NCBI GenBank assembly: GCA_040002315.1 | Contig: JBDUEQ010000146.1 | Location: 6,009-70,008, forward strand | Direction: 5' to 3' | DNA: 64,000 bases | DNA from: Gammaproteobacteria bacterium | Lineage (GTDB): Bacteria > Pseudomonadota > Gammaproteobacteria > Steroidobacterales > Steroidobacteraceae | Shown here: positions 9,570-18,498 of the stretch, one piece after another | Layout of the letters: each line of letters opens with the position of its first letter | Numbering within the stretch: position 1 is the stretch's first letter | Notes under the pieces: generated by a model | Told to the model about the DNA's origin: nothing | What the model saw: only the letters and a program-made list of their open reading frames with translations | Databases searched by the model: none | Program-made: the position numbers and the translations under genes

Positions 9570-10619
9570 ATGACCGCCACCGCCACCGCCACCGCCACCG
9601 CGGCGCCCACGCGTCGCCTGACCATCGCGAAAGCCATGAGCGAGGCAATCGGGCTCTCGATGGATGCCGATCCCAAGGTTATCGTACTCGGCGAGGACAT
9701 CGGCGCGCTGGGCGGCGTGTTTGGCACGACGCAAGGCCTGCTCGAGCGCTTTGGTGCCGCGCGGGTGCGCGACACACCGATCTCCGAGACCGCGTTCATC
9801 GGCGCCGCGGTGGGTCTTGCCGCAGCGGGTATGCGTCCCATCGTCGAACTCATGTTCGTAGATTTCTTCGGTGTCTGTATGGATGCGATCTACAACCTGG
9901 CGGCGAAGCAGAGCTACTTTTCCGGCGGCCATGTGTGTTGCCCCATGGTGCTCATGACTTCCGTGGGCGGCGGCTATGGCGATGCCGGACAGCACTCTCA
10001 ATGCCTGTACGCGACCTTTGCACATCTTCCCGGATTAAAGGTCGTGATGCCGTCGAACGCGTACGACGCCAAGGGTTTGATGCTGAGCGCCATCGCGGAC
10101 GCGAATCCGGTGGTGTTCATGTTTCACAAGGCATTGCAGGGCATGGGATGGCTGGGCACCGTACCCGGCTCCATCGTTCATGTACCGTCAGAAATGTACA
10201 CGGTTCCGATCGGCCGGGCGGCGACGGTGCGACCCGGCCGCGACATCACGCTCGTAGGTTTAGGCCTCACGGTTCATCTGGCGCTGCAAGCGGCCACCAC
10301 ATTAGCCGCGCAGGGCATCGAGGCCGAAGTGATCGATTTGCGCAGCATTGCACCGCTGGATCGCGAGGCCATTGCTGCATCAGTGGCCAAGACCCGCCGG
10401 CTCATTGTCGTGGATGATGACTACCGCAGTTTTGGCGTGAGTGCCGAGGTCATCGCCGGCGCCTGCGAAGGCGACGTGGATTGGCTGTCCGCGCCGGCTC
10501 GAATTACCCATCCTGACGTGCCGATTCCGTATTCACCCGCCCTCGAGCATCCGCTGCTGCCGAGCGCCGCCAAGATCGTCGAAGCCTCTACGCGCTTATG
10601 CCACGACAAGGTCGAATGA
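9570..10619 (+). CDS. 2-oxoacid/acetoin dehydrogenase E1 beta subunit
   Basis: The ATG at 9570 follows gggagagag. Transketolase-like pyrimidine-binding region RVRDTPISETAFIGAAVGLAAAGMRPIVELMF. The N-terminus reads MTATATATATAAP. Confidence 0.85.
   Translation: MTATATATATAAPTRRLTIAKAMSEAIGLSMDADPKVIVLGEDIGALGGVFGTTQGLLERFGAARVRDTPISETAFIGAAVGLAAAGMRPIVELMFVDFFGVCMDAIYNLAAKQSYFSGGHVCCPMVLMTSVGGGYGDAGQHSQCLYATFAHLPGLKVVMPSNAYDAKGLMLSAIADANPVVFMFHKALQGMGWLGTVPGSIVHVPSEMYTVPIGRAATVRPGRDITLVGLGLTVHLALQAATTLAAQGIEAEVIDLRSIAPLDREAIAASVAKTRRLIVVDDDYRSFGVSAEVIAGACEGDVDWLSAPARITHPDVPIPYSPALEHPLLPSAAKIVEASTRLCHDKVE
9573..9602 (+). repeat. (ACCGCC)4 hexanucleotide tandem repeat at codons 2-10 of the E1 beta gene
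   Basis: There are four perfect ACCGCC units (9573-9596) plus a degenerate ACCGCG, encoding (Thr-Ala)n. Confidence 0.9.
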
Positions 10620-10849
10620 TGGACGTGATCATTCCCGTAGACCTGTGGGGCGAGGACGGCGACGCCGTTATCGCGACTTGGCTATTTCAAAGCGGAGAAT
10701 TGGTATCGCCAGGTGCCGTTCTCGCTGAGGTCATGTACGAAAAAGCCAGCATGGAAGTCACTTCGCCCGGAGCAGGACGGCTCACTATTCTCGTGGAAGC
10801 CGAGAGTCCGGTGCGGCAGGGGCAATTGATTGGGAGAATAGAGACCTGA
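10616..10849 (+). CDS. stand-alone lipoyl-attachment domain protein (no acyltransferase core)
   Basis: ATGA overlap with the E1 beta stop. The 77-aa protein has a lipoyl-lysine context AEVMYEKASMEVTSPGAGRL, close to the E2 motif ESDKASMEVPSP. The next gene is convergent, so no E2 catalytic domain follows. Confidence 0.75.
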   Translation: MMDVIIPVDLWGEDGDAVIATWLFQSGELVSPGAVLAEVMYEKASMEVTSPGAGRLTILVEAESPVRQGQLIGRIET

Positions 10850-10862
10850 AGGGTCTGGAATA

Positions 10863-12323
10863 TCACTGTGCATTCCAGGCCGACACTCTCGCCTTTGCCT
10901 CGTCGAGCAGCGCATCCAGTCTTGCACGGTCATACACCTGGCCACGCATGATCACTGTGTCGATGGCGCGCGTGGCGTTGATGTCCTCGAGTGGATTGCG
11001 GTTGAGCAACACGAGGTCTGCGGCCTTGCCCTCGGAGACGGAACCATAGCGGTCGAGTTTTCCAAACCAGGCTGGGCCGGCCCGGCTGGCCGCCGATAGA
11101 GCCTGCGCCGGGGTCAATCCTTTGTTGACGAAAAGGGTCAACTCCTCATGCAGACCAATTCCGGGGTAGTCGAAAGAATTCAGGAAACCCGCGTCTGTGC
11201 CCGCCATGATCGTCACGCCCGCTGACTGCAACATCGGCAGTACTGCAGCCACGCGCTCGAAATGCGCGTGGCGAGCGAGGATTTCGTTGGCGCTCGCCTT
11301 GTTGGCTCGTTCGATGCGCCATGCGTAGGTCTTACGCAGCTTGGGCCCGATATACGCAAGATACGGATCCTTGTCGTGCGTGTCGGTATCCAACCAATCG
11401 AGAATCCGGCCGCCATTGAGCGTCGGTGTGACAAAGACTCCCTTCTGCGCAAGGTTGCGGTAGGCGGCCATTGCAGTGCCCTGGTCAAATCCGACGTCAA
11501 TGCGGCGATTGGCTTCGGCCCGATCAATGCGACCCGCCGCGAAGTCCGCTGCGATGGCGGCTTCGTCCTTCACCCCTGCCTTGTAGGCGTAGTCCATGTG
11601 CTCTATCGAGCTGATGCCGGCCTCGACAGCTTGGCCCACGGTCAGCGCCATCGGGATGTGCCCGGAGGTACGTATGCCAAGGCTATGGGCACGCGATATG
11701 GCATACAGAAACAATGGTGGCGCGATTGTGCTGTCGGTGATCTTTATGAAATCCACCCGATCGCGCTGTAATCGACTGATGGCAGCGTCCACGTCGGCTT
11801 TGTTGCCCACCTCAAGGGTGCCCTTCCAGACGGGATGGATGCCTTCGATTTTGGCGCCCGAACTGAACAATTGCGGCCCCAGCAGTTCGCCCTCGAGAAT
11901 GTCGCGACGCCACGCAAGCACCTGGTCGGGCAAGTCACCTGAGCAGTCGCGGATGCTGGTGATTCCATACGCCACATACAGCGGCAGCAGCGCCTTGTTC
12001 TCTTCGATCAGGTCAGGGCCGCCCCCGAAGTGCACATGCATGTCCCATAAACCGGGAATCAGGTACCGGCCGTGCGCCTCGATTGTCCGGTCGGCCCGCC
12101 ATGTGCGTGCAATGGTGTCATCAGCGCCCACAGCAACGATGGTGTCTCTCCGGATAACTACCGCGCGATCGGCGAAGGTGCGCGCGTGCTCTACATCAAC
12201 GATGATCGCGTGGCGAATTATCACATTGCCCGTCGAACCGGCCGCAAATGCCGGCGAAGCCAGCCCGGCAATTAGGTAGAAGATCAGCGAGGGCAGGGAG
12301 TAGCGATTCCAGAACCAATGCAT
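10863..12323 (-). CDS. secreted amidohydrolase-family metal-dependent hydrolase
   Basis: The internal ATG at 12323 gives the signal peptide MHWFWNRYSLPSLIFYLIAGLASPAFA. Canonical HxH (GLWDMHVHFGG), SIEHMDY, MAGTDAG and GKAADLVLL are present. Confidence 0.85.
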   Translation of the reverse strand: MHWFWNRYSLPSLIFYLIAGLASPAFAAGSTGNVIIRHAIIVDVEHARTFADRAVVIRRDTIVAVGADDTIARTWRADRTIEAHGRYLIPGLWDMHVHFGGGPDLIEENKALLPLYVAYGITSIRDCSGDLPDQVLAWRRDILEGELLGPQLFSSGAKIEGIHPVWKGTLEVGNKADVDAAISRLQRDRVDFIKITDSTIAPPLFLYAISRAHSLGIRTSGHIPMALTVGQAVEAGISSIEHMDYAYKAGVKDEAAIAADFAAGRIDRAEANRRIDVGFDQGTAMAAYRNLAQKGVFVTPTLNGGRILDWLDTDTHDKDPYLAYIGPKLRKTYAWRIERANKASANEILARHAHFERVAAVLPMLQSAGVTIMAGTDAGFLNSFDYPGIGLHEELTLFVNKGLTPAQALSAASRAGPAWFGKLDRYGSVSEGKAADLVLLNRNPLEDINATRAIDTVIMRGQVYDRARLDALLDEAKARVSAWNAQ

Positions 12324-12547
12324 CAGCCATTGTAGCCGATCGGAGTAGGCAACATGCTCCTGCACCCGCATCAGCGCTACCGCCAGAAATCCGAACTGGA
12401 TCCTCAGAATCGGATATTCGTGAATCCCCGTAGAATTGCCCTGCGCGCATGGTCGGCGGTTCGTTTTGGTGCGCAATCCAGCGCATACTCGGTGCTCAAG
12501 GGCATTGCCGCACTTTTAATGAACAATATCCGACCGAAGAGGGAATC

Positions 12548-13030
12548 ATGAATAAATTACTGAAATTGCTGACCATCGGCACCATTTTCGCTTTCGGCGC
12601 GACCACGGCGGCATCAGCGGCCAACAGCGCGGACCCGATCATCGGCACTTGGACGCTCAATTTGGAAAAATCGAAGTTTCACGGGGACCGCGCGCCGAAA
12701 TCCATGACCAGAACTTATTCCGCAGCTGCCGGCGGCACAGAGATGAAGGTAGGCGGTGTCGCGTCCGGCGGGACTGCAGTATCGCAAAGTGCAATCTTGA
12801 CTTACGACAGCAAGGACATTGCCTTCATGGGATCGTCCGAATTCGATACGCTCTCGTTGAAGAAAGTGAATGGCGGCACCGTCAAGGCTCAGCTGAAGAA
12901 GGACGGAAAAATCGTCGGCACCACGACGCGCACGATTTCAGGAGGCGGCAAGGTGCTGACTCTATCTACGGCGATGAAGACCGCCAAGGGCGGCACGACT
13001 CACGACGTAGCGGTGTACGACAAACAGTGA
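12548..13030 (+). CDS. small secreted protein, lipocalin-like beta-rich hypothetical
   Basis: The ATG follows gagggaatc. Signal peptide MNKLLKLLTIGTIFAFGATTAASA. The mature part begins GTWTLNLEKSKF and is Gly/Thr/Lys-rich. Confidence 0.7.
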   Translation: MNKLLKLLTIGTIFAFGATTAASAANSADPIIGTWTLNLEKSKFHGDRAPKSMTRTYSAAAGGTEMKVGGVASGGTAVSQSAILTYDSKDIAFMGSSEFDTLSLKKVNGGTVKAQLKKDGKIVGTTTRTISGGGKVLTLSTAMKTAKGGTTHDVAVYDKQ

Positions 13031-13193
13031 CGTGAATAAAGCGCGTTGTATATTTTCATCGAGTGTCCGCTTCCCCTCAAACGCTCCGTAAACCTTGCCA
13101 TACTGACCATGCGATCGGGTCGTGCACTTCATTTCGATTCTACGGGGTACCAATAGCCACCTTGCGTCCTCCTCCGGGCAGAGATCGCTGTGG

Positions 13194-13225
13194 CCTGGTC
13201 GCGCCGCGGGGTGGGCGCGACCAGG
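13194..13225. terminator. perfect 12-bp GC hairpin between convergent genes (no U-tract)
   Basis: CCTGGTCGCGCC (13194-13205), loop GCGGGGTG, then GGCGCGACCAGG (13214-13225). It lies between the 13030 and 13251 gene ends. Confidence 0.5.
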
Positions 13226-13250
13226 AACTGGCTCAGCGGGCTCTAGGCGC

Positions 13251-16200
13251 TCAGAATTTTGCCGTAAACGCCACGAACAGCTGACGACCGAACATGTCGT
13301 AGGCGCTGTAGGTGTTTGCCGCGCCGCCCGGCGCTATATCCGTGTTGATAATCGGTGGATCCTTATCGAGCACGTTATTGGCCCCGGCGCGTATCTGCAA
13401 GATCTTGTTGACGTTCCATGTCGCTTCCAAGTCAATGTAGTTGAAGGAGGGGATTCTCGCGTTATAGAAATCGAATGCGCCAAAGGTCGCGAAATGCAGG
13501 GTCGGATCCCCGCTGTTGTTGTCTTGCGAAACCGAGCCGATGTATCGCCACGTGAGGGATGCCGAGACGTCCCAGGGTGTATCCCACGTCGTTCGGAAGA
13601 TGTGATGCCAGCGCGGATTGATGGTCTGGCAAGTAAAGCCAAACAGCGAGGCGCAATCATAGGTGTGCGCGCCCGGCAGCGGCTCGGACTCGTTATGCAG
13701 CAGGTAGGCGCCGTTGAGTGCAAACGACACGCCGCCGAAGCCCGGCGGCAGGTCAAGTTTGTAGTTCATCTGCACATCGATGCCGCTGTTCACCGCGGTG
13801 CCGAGGTTGTACAGTTTCTGGACGACAAAGCCGCCGCCCGCTACCGTGTTGCCGGTCAGGCTGCCGGTGCCGGGCTGACGCACGATCTGGCTGCAGTAAG
13901 TCGGATCCCCCGTGTTGGCGCAATTGGAGACAATTACCAGATACGGGATCGTGCCGACCTCATCTTTTACCTGGATGTGGAAGTAGTCGATGCTTCCGGT
14001 GAGATGCGCGATTTGGCTGGGCGCAAAGTTTACGCCGATGGTGTAGGTATCACCCTGTTCCGGCTTCAGACCCGCGTTGCCGCTCGTTTCCTGCGACAAC
14101 TGCGACGCCGTCCCCTGGGGAATCGAACCGCTGTTGTACTGCGCGGCGGTTACACCCGTGCGCTGACATTGCAGCAGCGAGAAGGAGATGGGCGGGGCAC
14201 AGGGGTCGTTACCTACCGCGGCAAGACCGACGATCGGCGGCGTGAAAAGTTCGGCAACGCTCGGGGCGCGAATCGCGCGATCAAATGAGGCGCGGAATCG
14301 ATAATCCGCAATTGGTGCGTATTGCACTTCAAATTTGTAAGTATTGGTGACTCCCGCGATTGAGTAGTCCGAGCGACGGTAGCCCGTATCGAACAACAGC
14401 TCTTTCGCGCCTGGCTTGTCTTGCACCAGCGGCGCCCGCAATTCGATGAATTCCTCCTTGACGGAGACGCTGGCATCGATCGGTGCCACGGCGCTGCCGA
14501 ATCCGGACAGCAAGCCGCTCTCCTCGGCGGAGTCGGGCTGCAGGAATTCGTGATCGTTCCGATGTTCGAATCCCACGTTGACGCCCACGCCTTCGGTCGC
14601 GAACGGGGAGGCAATGCCATAGTTGCCGAGCCTGCCCGTCACGTCCGCGTGTAGAGTGCGCAGCGTCGAGGCCCCCTGAGCCGTGCCTAATTGGTACAGG
14701 TAGTTGAGCTGCGCAGGTGTCACGCCGCCATCGGCAAAAATGTTATACGGGACGCATCCGCCGCCGCTGATGCATCTCGGATTGGCCGCCGTGCCGGTCA
14801 CCAGCAAAGCGTTGCCGATGCCCGCATAACTTAAGTATTTTTGATTGGAGTCGGAAAACGACGTGTAAAAGTATTGCCCATAGACGTCATAGCTCCAGGC
14901 ATCGGCGAAAGTACCCTTGCTGCCGACCACCGCGCGATAGTTCGTATGCTCGAAATCGATGAAGCGGTCGCCGCCCTCGAGGTTGCGGCGGCCGATTCTC
15001 ACCTGCGCGGTGGCCGAGCCTGGAGTTGCCGTATCAGCGGCAATCTGCGACGGAGTACACAGGATCCCTCGTTGCTGCGCAGTCAATAGCGGGTTGCTGC
15101 AATTGACGTAATAGTCGCCGGCGCCGGTCGGATCGAGCGGATTGCTGTCTTTGAACAGGGCAGCCGGTGCTACCTGTTGATGTGTCTTGTCGTCCATGAA
15201 AAAGAATTCGGTGTAGGGCTGAAAGTACTCCGTGATCGCTTGGTGCGCCATGAAGGCTGCGTTGTATCGGTCGTCCTCGCGGGTCATGAAGATAAATGGT
15301 TGCGAATTGTAGACCGCCGGAGGCGTGGTTGCGACGCTGCCATAAGGGACGAAGGCATGCCCGGACACGCTGTATACCGAGCCGGCGTTGGTACCACCTG
15401 TAGGTTGAAACCAGTTCGAATTCGATGACCCGTTGCACGAGACGCCATTGACGTTGCCGTCGTTGTCGAAGTTCGGAAACAACTGGCAGGCGCCGAAGTC
15501 CCGCTGGCTGCTCGCGACGGGGTCGGCGTGTCGATAACTCAAGTAGGCCGTCACATTGCCGTTGCCGTCCGCAAAATTCGTTCCCATCAGCAGGTCGAAG
15601 CTGCGGTTACGCCCGTCCTTGGCCGTGCCCGTGGGCGGTGCGTAGCCGAACTGCTGCACCAAACCCTGTGCGAAGGTGTTGTTGTTGTCGTGCCAGTTCT
15701 CTCCCAATTGCCCATCCACCTGGAAGCCTTGGAAGTTGCGCTTCATGATGAAGTTAACCACCCCCGCGATGGCATCTGAGCCGTAGGCGGCCGATGCGCC
15801 TCCGGTGACGACTTCGACGCGATCAACCAGTCCTGCTGGGATTTGGTCGAGGTCGGGCGCCGGCGAGGAGATGGCGGTATTCGGTGAACCCACGCCAAGC
15901 CGGCGGCCGTCGACGAGCACCAAGGTGCGGTTCGGACCGAGACCTCGCAAATCCGCGGTGGCGACGCCCCCCGCCGTGGTCAAGCCGCTCGTGCCGTTGC
16001 CGAGATCTTGGCCGAGGTCATTGTTAAAGTTCTGCGGCAATTGGTTGATGATGTCACTGATGTCGGTCTTGCCCGAAACCTGAATGGACTGCGAAGTGAT
16101 GACCTGGATGGGACTCGTGCTGACTTCGTTCGGCGCAGCGATTCGCGATCCCGTGACGATGATGGCCTCCAAAGGTTGAGAGTCCGCTTGCGCCGCAACC

Positions 16201-16658
16201 GCCTGCTGCGAGCCAGTGGGTACCGCCTGAGCCAGCAAATAGCTGTCGGCGGAAATACTCTTCAACTTCGGCGCAGCCGGTTCGGCCGTGAGAGCCTCGC
16301 TGCCGGTCGTTTGCAATGACACGCCGGCACCCTCCGAGAAGGAGGGTTCGCTCAACGGGACGACGGTCACCGTCTTTTCGTCCAGATAGCGGTATGTGAG
16401 GCCCGTGCCCGTGAGCAGCTGATCGAAGGCTTCATCAGCAGTAATGTCACCGTCTGCGCCCCGAGTCCGCACATCACGAACGGTGTTCGACAGGTAGAGA
16501 ACCTGCAATCCGCGGCTTTGCGCCAGTTGTTTGAGCGCCGGCCCGAGACCTTGCGCCACGATGTGAGTTGGCTTTCGCATTGAGGCAATCGCACTATCGG
16601 CCATGGATAAGCCGACGATGGATAGAGAGATGGCCGCCGCAACTACTGCAATACGCAT
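13251..16658 (-). CDS. TonB-dependent receptor with N-terminal STN signalling domain (FecA-type transducer, unusually large at ~1135 aa)
   Basis: Signal peptide MRIAVVAAAISLSIVGLSMADSAIA. STN-like segment (LGPALKQLAQSRGLQVLY...ADEAFDQLLTGTGLTYRYLDEKTVTVVP). Plug region (LEAIIVTGSRIAAP...). C-terminal FVAFTAKF. Confidence 0.85.
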   Translation of the reverse strand: MRIAVVAAAISLSIVGLSMADSAIASMRKPTHIVAQGLGPALKQLAQSRGLQVLYLSNTVRDVRTRGADGDITADEAFDQLLTGTGLTYRYLDEKTVTVVPLSEPSFSEGAGVSLQTTGSEALTAEPAAPKLKSISADSYLLAQAVPTGSQQAVAAQADSQPLEAIIVTGSRIAAPNEVSTSPIQVITSQSIQVSGKTDISDIINQLPQNFNNDLGQDLGNGTSGLTTAGGVATADLRGLGPNRTLVLVDGRRLGVGSPNTAISSPAPDLDQIPAGLVDRVEVVTGGASAAYGSDAIAGVVNFIMKRNFQGFQVDGQLGENWHDNNNTFAQGLVQQFGYAPPTGTAKDGRNRSFDLLMGTNFADGNGNVTAYLSYRHADPVASSQRDFGACQLFPNFDNDGNVNGVSCNGSSNSNWFQPTGGTNAGSVYSVSGHAFVPYGSVATTPPAVYNSQPFIFMTREDDRYNAAFMAHQAITEYFQPYTEFFFMDDKTHQQVAPAALFKDSNPLDPTGAGDYYVNCSNPLLTAQQRGILCTPSQIAADTATPGSATAQVRIGRRNLEGGDRFIDFEHTNYRAVVGSKGTFADAWSYDVYGQYFYTSFSDSNQKYLSYAGIGNALLVTGTAANPRCISGGGCVPYNIFADGGVTPAQLNYLYQLGTAQGASTLRTLHADVTGRLGNYGIASPFATEGVGVNVGFEHRNDHEFLQPDSAEESGLLSGFGSAVAPIDASVSVKEEFIELRAPLVQDKPGAKELLFDTGYRRSDYSIAGVTNTYKFEVQYAPIADYRFRASFDRAIRAPSVAELFTPPIVGLAAVGNDPCAPPISFSLLQCQRTGVTAAQYNSGSIPQGTASQLSQETSGNAGLKPEQGDTYTIGVNFAPSQIAHLTGSIDYFHIQVKDEVGTIPYLVIVSNCANTGDPTYCSQIVRQPGTGSLTGNTVAGGGFVVQKLYNLGTAVNSGIDVQMNYKLDLPPGFGGVSFALNGAYLLHNESEPLPGAHTYDCASLFGFTCQTINPRWHHIFRTTWDTPWDVSASLTWRYIGSVSQDNNSGDPTLHFATFGAFDFYNARIPSFNYIDLEATWNVNKILQIRAGANNVLDKDPPIINTDIAPGGAANTYSAYDMFGRQLFVAFTAKF

Positions 16659-16691
16659 AAACGCTCCCGTACCTCTTGAGAGGTTTTCGAT

Positions 16692-16750
16692 GTTGGCCGG
16701 CCAACAGGGCCGCCAGTCTTCATGACGGTAGAGCGTTGTCACATAAAAAG
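16692..16750 (-). promoter_or_regulatory. leader/promoter of the STN-receptor gene: perfect 14-bp palindrome and a candidate ECF-type promoter
   Basis: GTTGGCCGGCCAAC at 16692-16705 is perfectly self-complementary. On the coding strand, TTTAT-N15-CGTC (16747 down to 16724) resembles iron-starvation ECF promoters. Assignment is tentative. Confidence 0.25.
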
Positions 16751-16759
16751 TGGGTATGG

Positions 16760-17818
16760 CTAGTGTGAGTCGCGGCGGACGACGCGCACTTGGTTCTCCG
16801 TTTCGACGACCTCGATCGTGGTCTGGCTGCGAAGGAAATTGATTAGTGACGCAGGATCGGTCGACGAATAGATGCCGCTTATCTTGAGTTTCTGAAGTTC
16901 GGGATCGCCGATGGCCAACGGTCGCCGATTGTAGCGGTTGAATTCCTCTGCCACATCGCGCAGAGGCGTCTCTTCGAACATCAGGCGTCTCTGAACCCAG
17001 GCGGTGGCGACCATGGTGTCGGTCTTCATCGGCTTCGTCACAGTGTTCGGTAGAACGGTGAGCTGTTCGCCCGCAGATAAAAAGATCGGTACGGTGCCGG
17101 CTCTGCCTGATGCGTCATAGGTTTCAACGCGCCCTTCGACGACCGTCACGACCGTAGCAACATGTTTTCTGTAGACATCGAATTCTGTGCCGACTGCACG
17201 CACTTGAGCGTCGCCGGCACTAACCACAAATGGTCGATGCTTGTCCTTTGCGACACGAAACAGTGCCTGGCCTTCGAGCAGCGCGACGTCGCGTTGATGA
17301 TCCGTGAGGTGAACTCGAATGCTCGAGCGCGCATTGAGCTCAACAGTCGACCCGTCGGCAAGCTGGATGGTTCGCTGCTCGCCGATTCCAGTAACGTAAG
17401 CCCCGCTGAGATCGCTGCCCCAAAACCCAATGACGGCCAAAGCAAGGAGGCCGACCGCAGCCAAGGCCAGCATCGCGCGCCGACGCTGATGCCAGAATGG
17501 CTCGGGCTCAGAGCGTGGTGGGGCGCTCGAGGGAGGAGCGCCTGCTGGCGATAGCGCAATGACGTCGGCTTCGCTTCGCGCACGGGCGAGCAGGGAAGCG
17601 ATGTCGATCCTGGCTTCAGGATCTGATGTGGGGAGTTCGGCCCACACTCCGGATACTTCTAAATATGCTTGGATGTGTTCGGGCGAGCGCCGCAGCCACT
17701 CGATATAACGGAGGCGCGCTTCACCGTTTACGTCCCCGGCGCGGAACTCAATGAACCAGACTGATGCCTCTGCGACGATTGACGGATGGGTCTTCACGCT
17801 GGAGGCTCCGATCTTCAT
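16760..17818 (-). CDS. FecR-family anti-sigma factor / signal transducer
   Basis: N-terminal anti-sigma region (AEASVWFIEFRAGD...YIEWLRRSPEHIQAYLEV), a single TM segment (AMLALAAVGLLALAVIGFW) and a periplasmic FecR domain. The start lies 3 nt after the sigma gene stop. Confidence 0.9.
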   Translation of the reverse strand: MKIGASSVKTHPSIVAEASVWFIEFRAGDVNGEARLRYIEWLRRSPEHIQAYLEVSGVWAELPTSDPEARIDIASLLARARSEADVIALSPAGAPPSSAPPRSEPEPFWHQRRRAMLALAAVGLLALAVIGFWGSDLSGAYVTGIGEQRTIQLADGSTVELNARSSIRVHLTDHQRDVALLEGQALFRVAKDKHRPFVVSAGDAQVRAVGTEFDVYRKHVATVVTVVEGRVETYDASGRAGTVPIFLSAGEQLTVLPNTVTKPMKTDTMVATAWVQRRLMFEETPLRDVAEEFNRYNRRPLAIGDPELQKLKISGIYSSTDPASLINFLRSQTTIEVVETENQVRVVRRDSH

Positions 17819-17821
17819 TGC

Positions 17822-18343
17822 CTACTGGCTCTCTCGAACGCGCAAATTTTGACAGTGCTGGACCGCACGCGCCAGATACTTCTTGGCTGTTTCCCTCGAC
17901 ACGCCCAGTTCGTCTCCGACCTCCTGGACAGAATATCCCGCCACTCGATGCAGAACGAGGGCGGTCGCCACGCGCGTGGGGAGGTAGGCGAGGATCCGTT
18001 CGAGTTCGTCGAGCTGCTGGGCGTGAGCGACTTGATCAGGGGGGTCTTCGCTCGATGGCGCTTTGAGCTCTGAGAGGACTTCCGCAATATCAATTGATAC
18101 AGGCTCGCTCGATCGCCGCGCCGCATGCTGATGAATCACGTGACTTGCAATAGTAAAGAGGTAGGCTTCGGGACTGCGAATACTTTCGTACCCCTCGACG
18201 CGCAATAGACGCAGGAAAACCTCTTGCGCCAAGTCCGGCACGTCAGCAGCATTGCGCAACCTCACCGACAGAAATCGGCGCAGCCGATGTCCATACCGGG
18301 CGGCTATGCCGGCGACGAAGCCTCGATTGTCTGTTACGCCCAC
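17822..18343 (-). CDS. ECF (sigma-70 family, FecI-type) RNA polymerase sigma factor
   Basis: Region 2 DLAQEVFLRLL and region 4 HTH YSVQEVGDELGVSRETAKKYLARA. It sits immediately upstream of fecR-like and STN-receptor genes. Confidence 0.9.
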   Translation of the reverse strand: MGVTDNRGFVAGIAARYGHRLRRFLSVRLRNAADVPDLAQEVFLRLLRVEGYESIRSPEAYLFTIASHVIHQHAARRSSEPVSIDIAEVLSELKAPSSEDPPDQVAHAQQLDELERILAYLPTRVATALVLHRVAGYSVQEVGDELGVSRETAKKYLARAVQHCQNLRVRESQ

Positions 18344-18498
18344 GCCAATTCAATCCAGGTGAACCTACCCTTGGTATTAGAGCGCGTTGCGCTGGAAAGT
18401 GGGTATGCTCTTTGGACATTTCGATCTGCGCCGACGCAGGTCTCTCGATGGAAGATCCTGCCCCGTCATGCTTTGGCGCGATGGATCGAGTCGACTGG

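Noticed and set aside
13122-14288. 388-aa forward ORF overlapping the STN-TonB receptor gene
   Set aside because: It is antisense to a well-supported 1135-aa receptor. It is low complexity (Arg/Ala/Gly/Val) with no start context.
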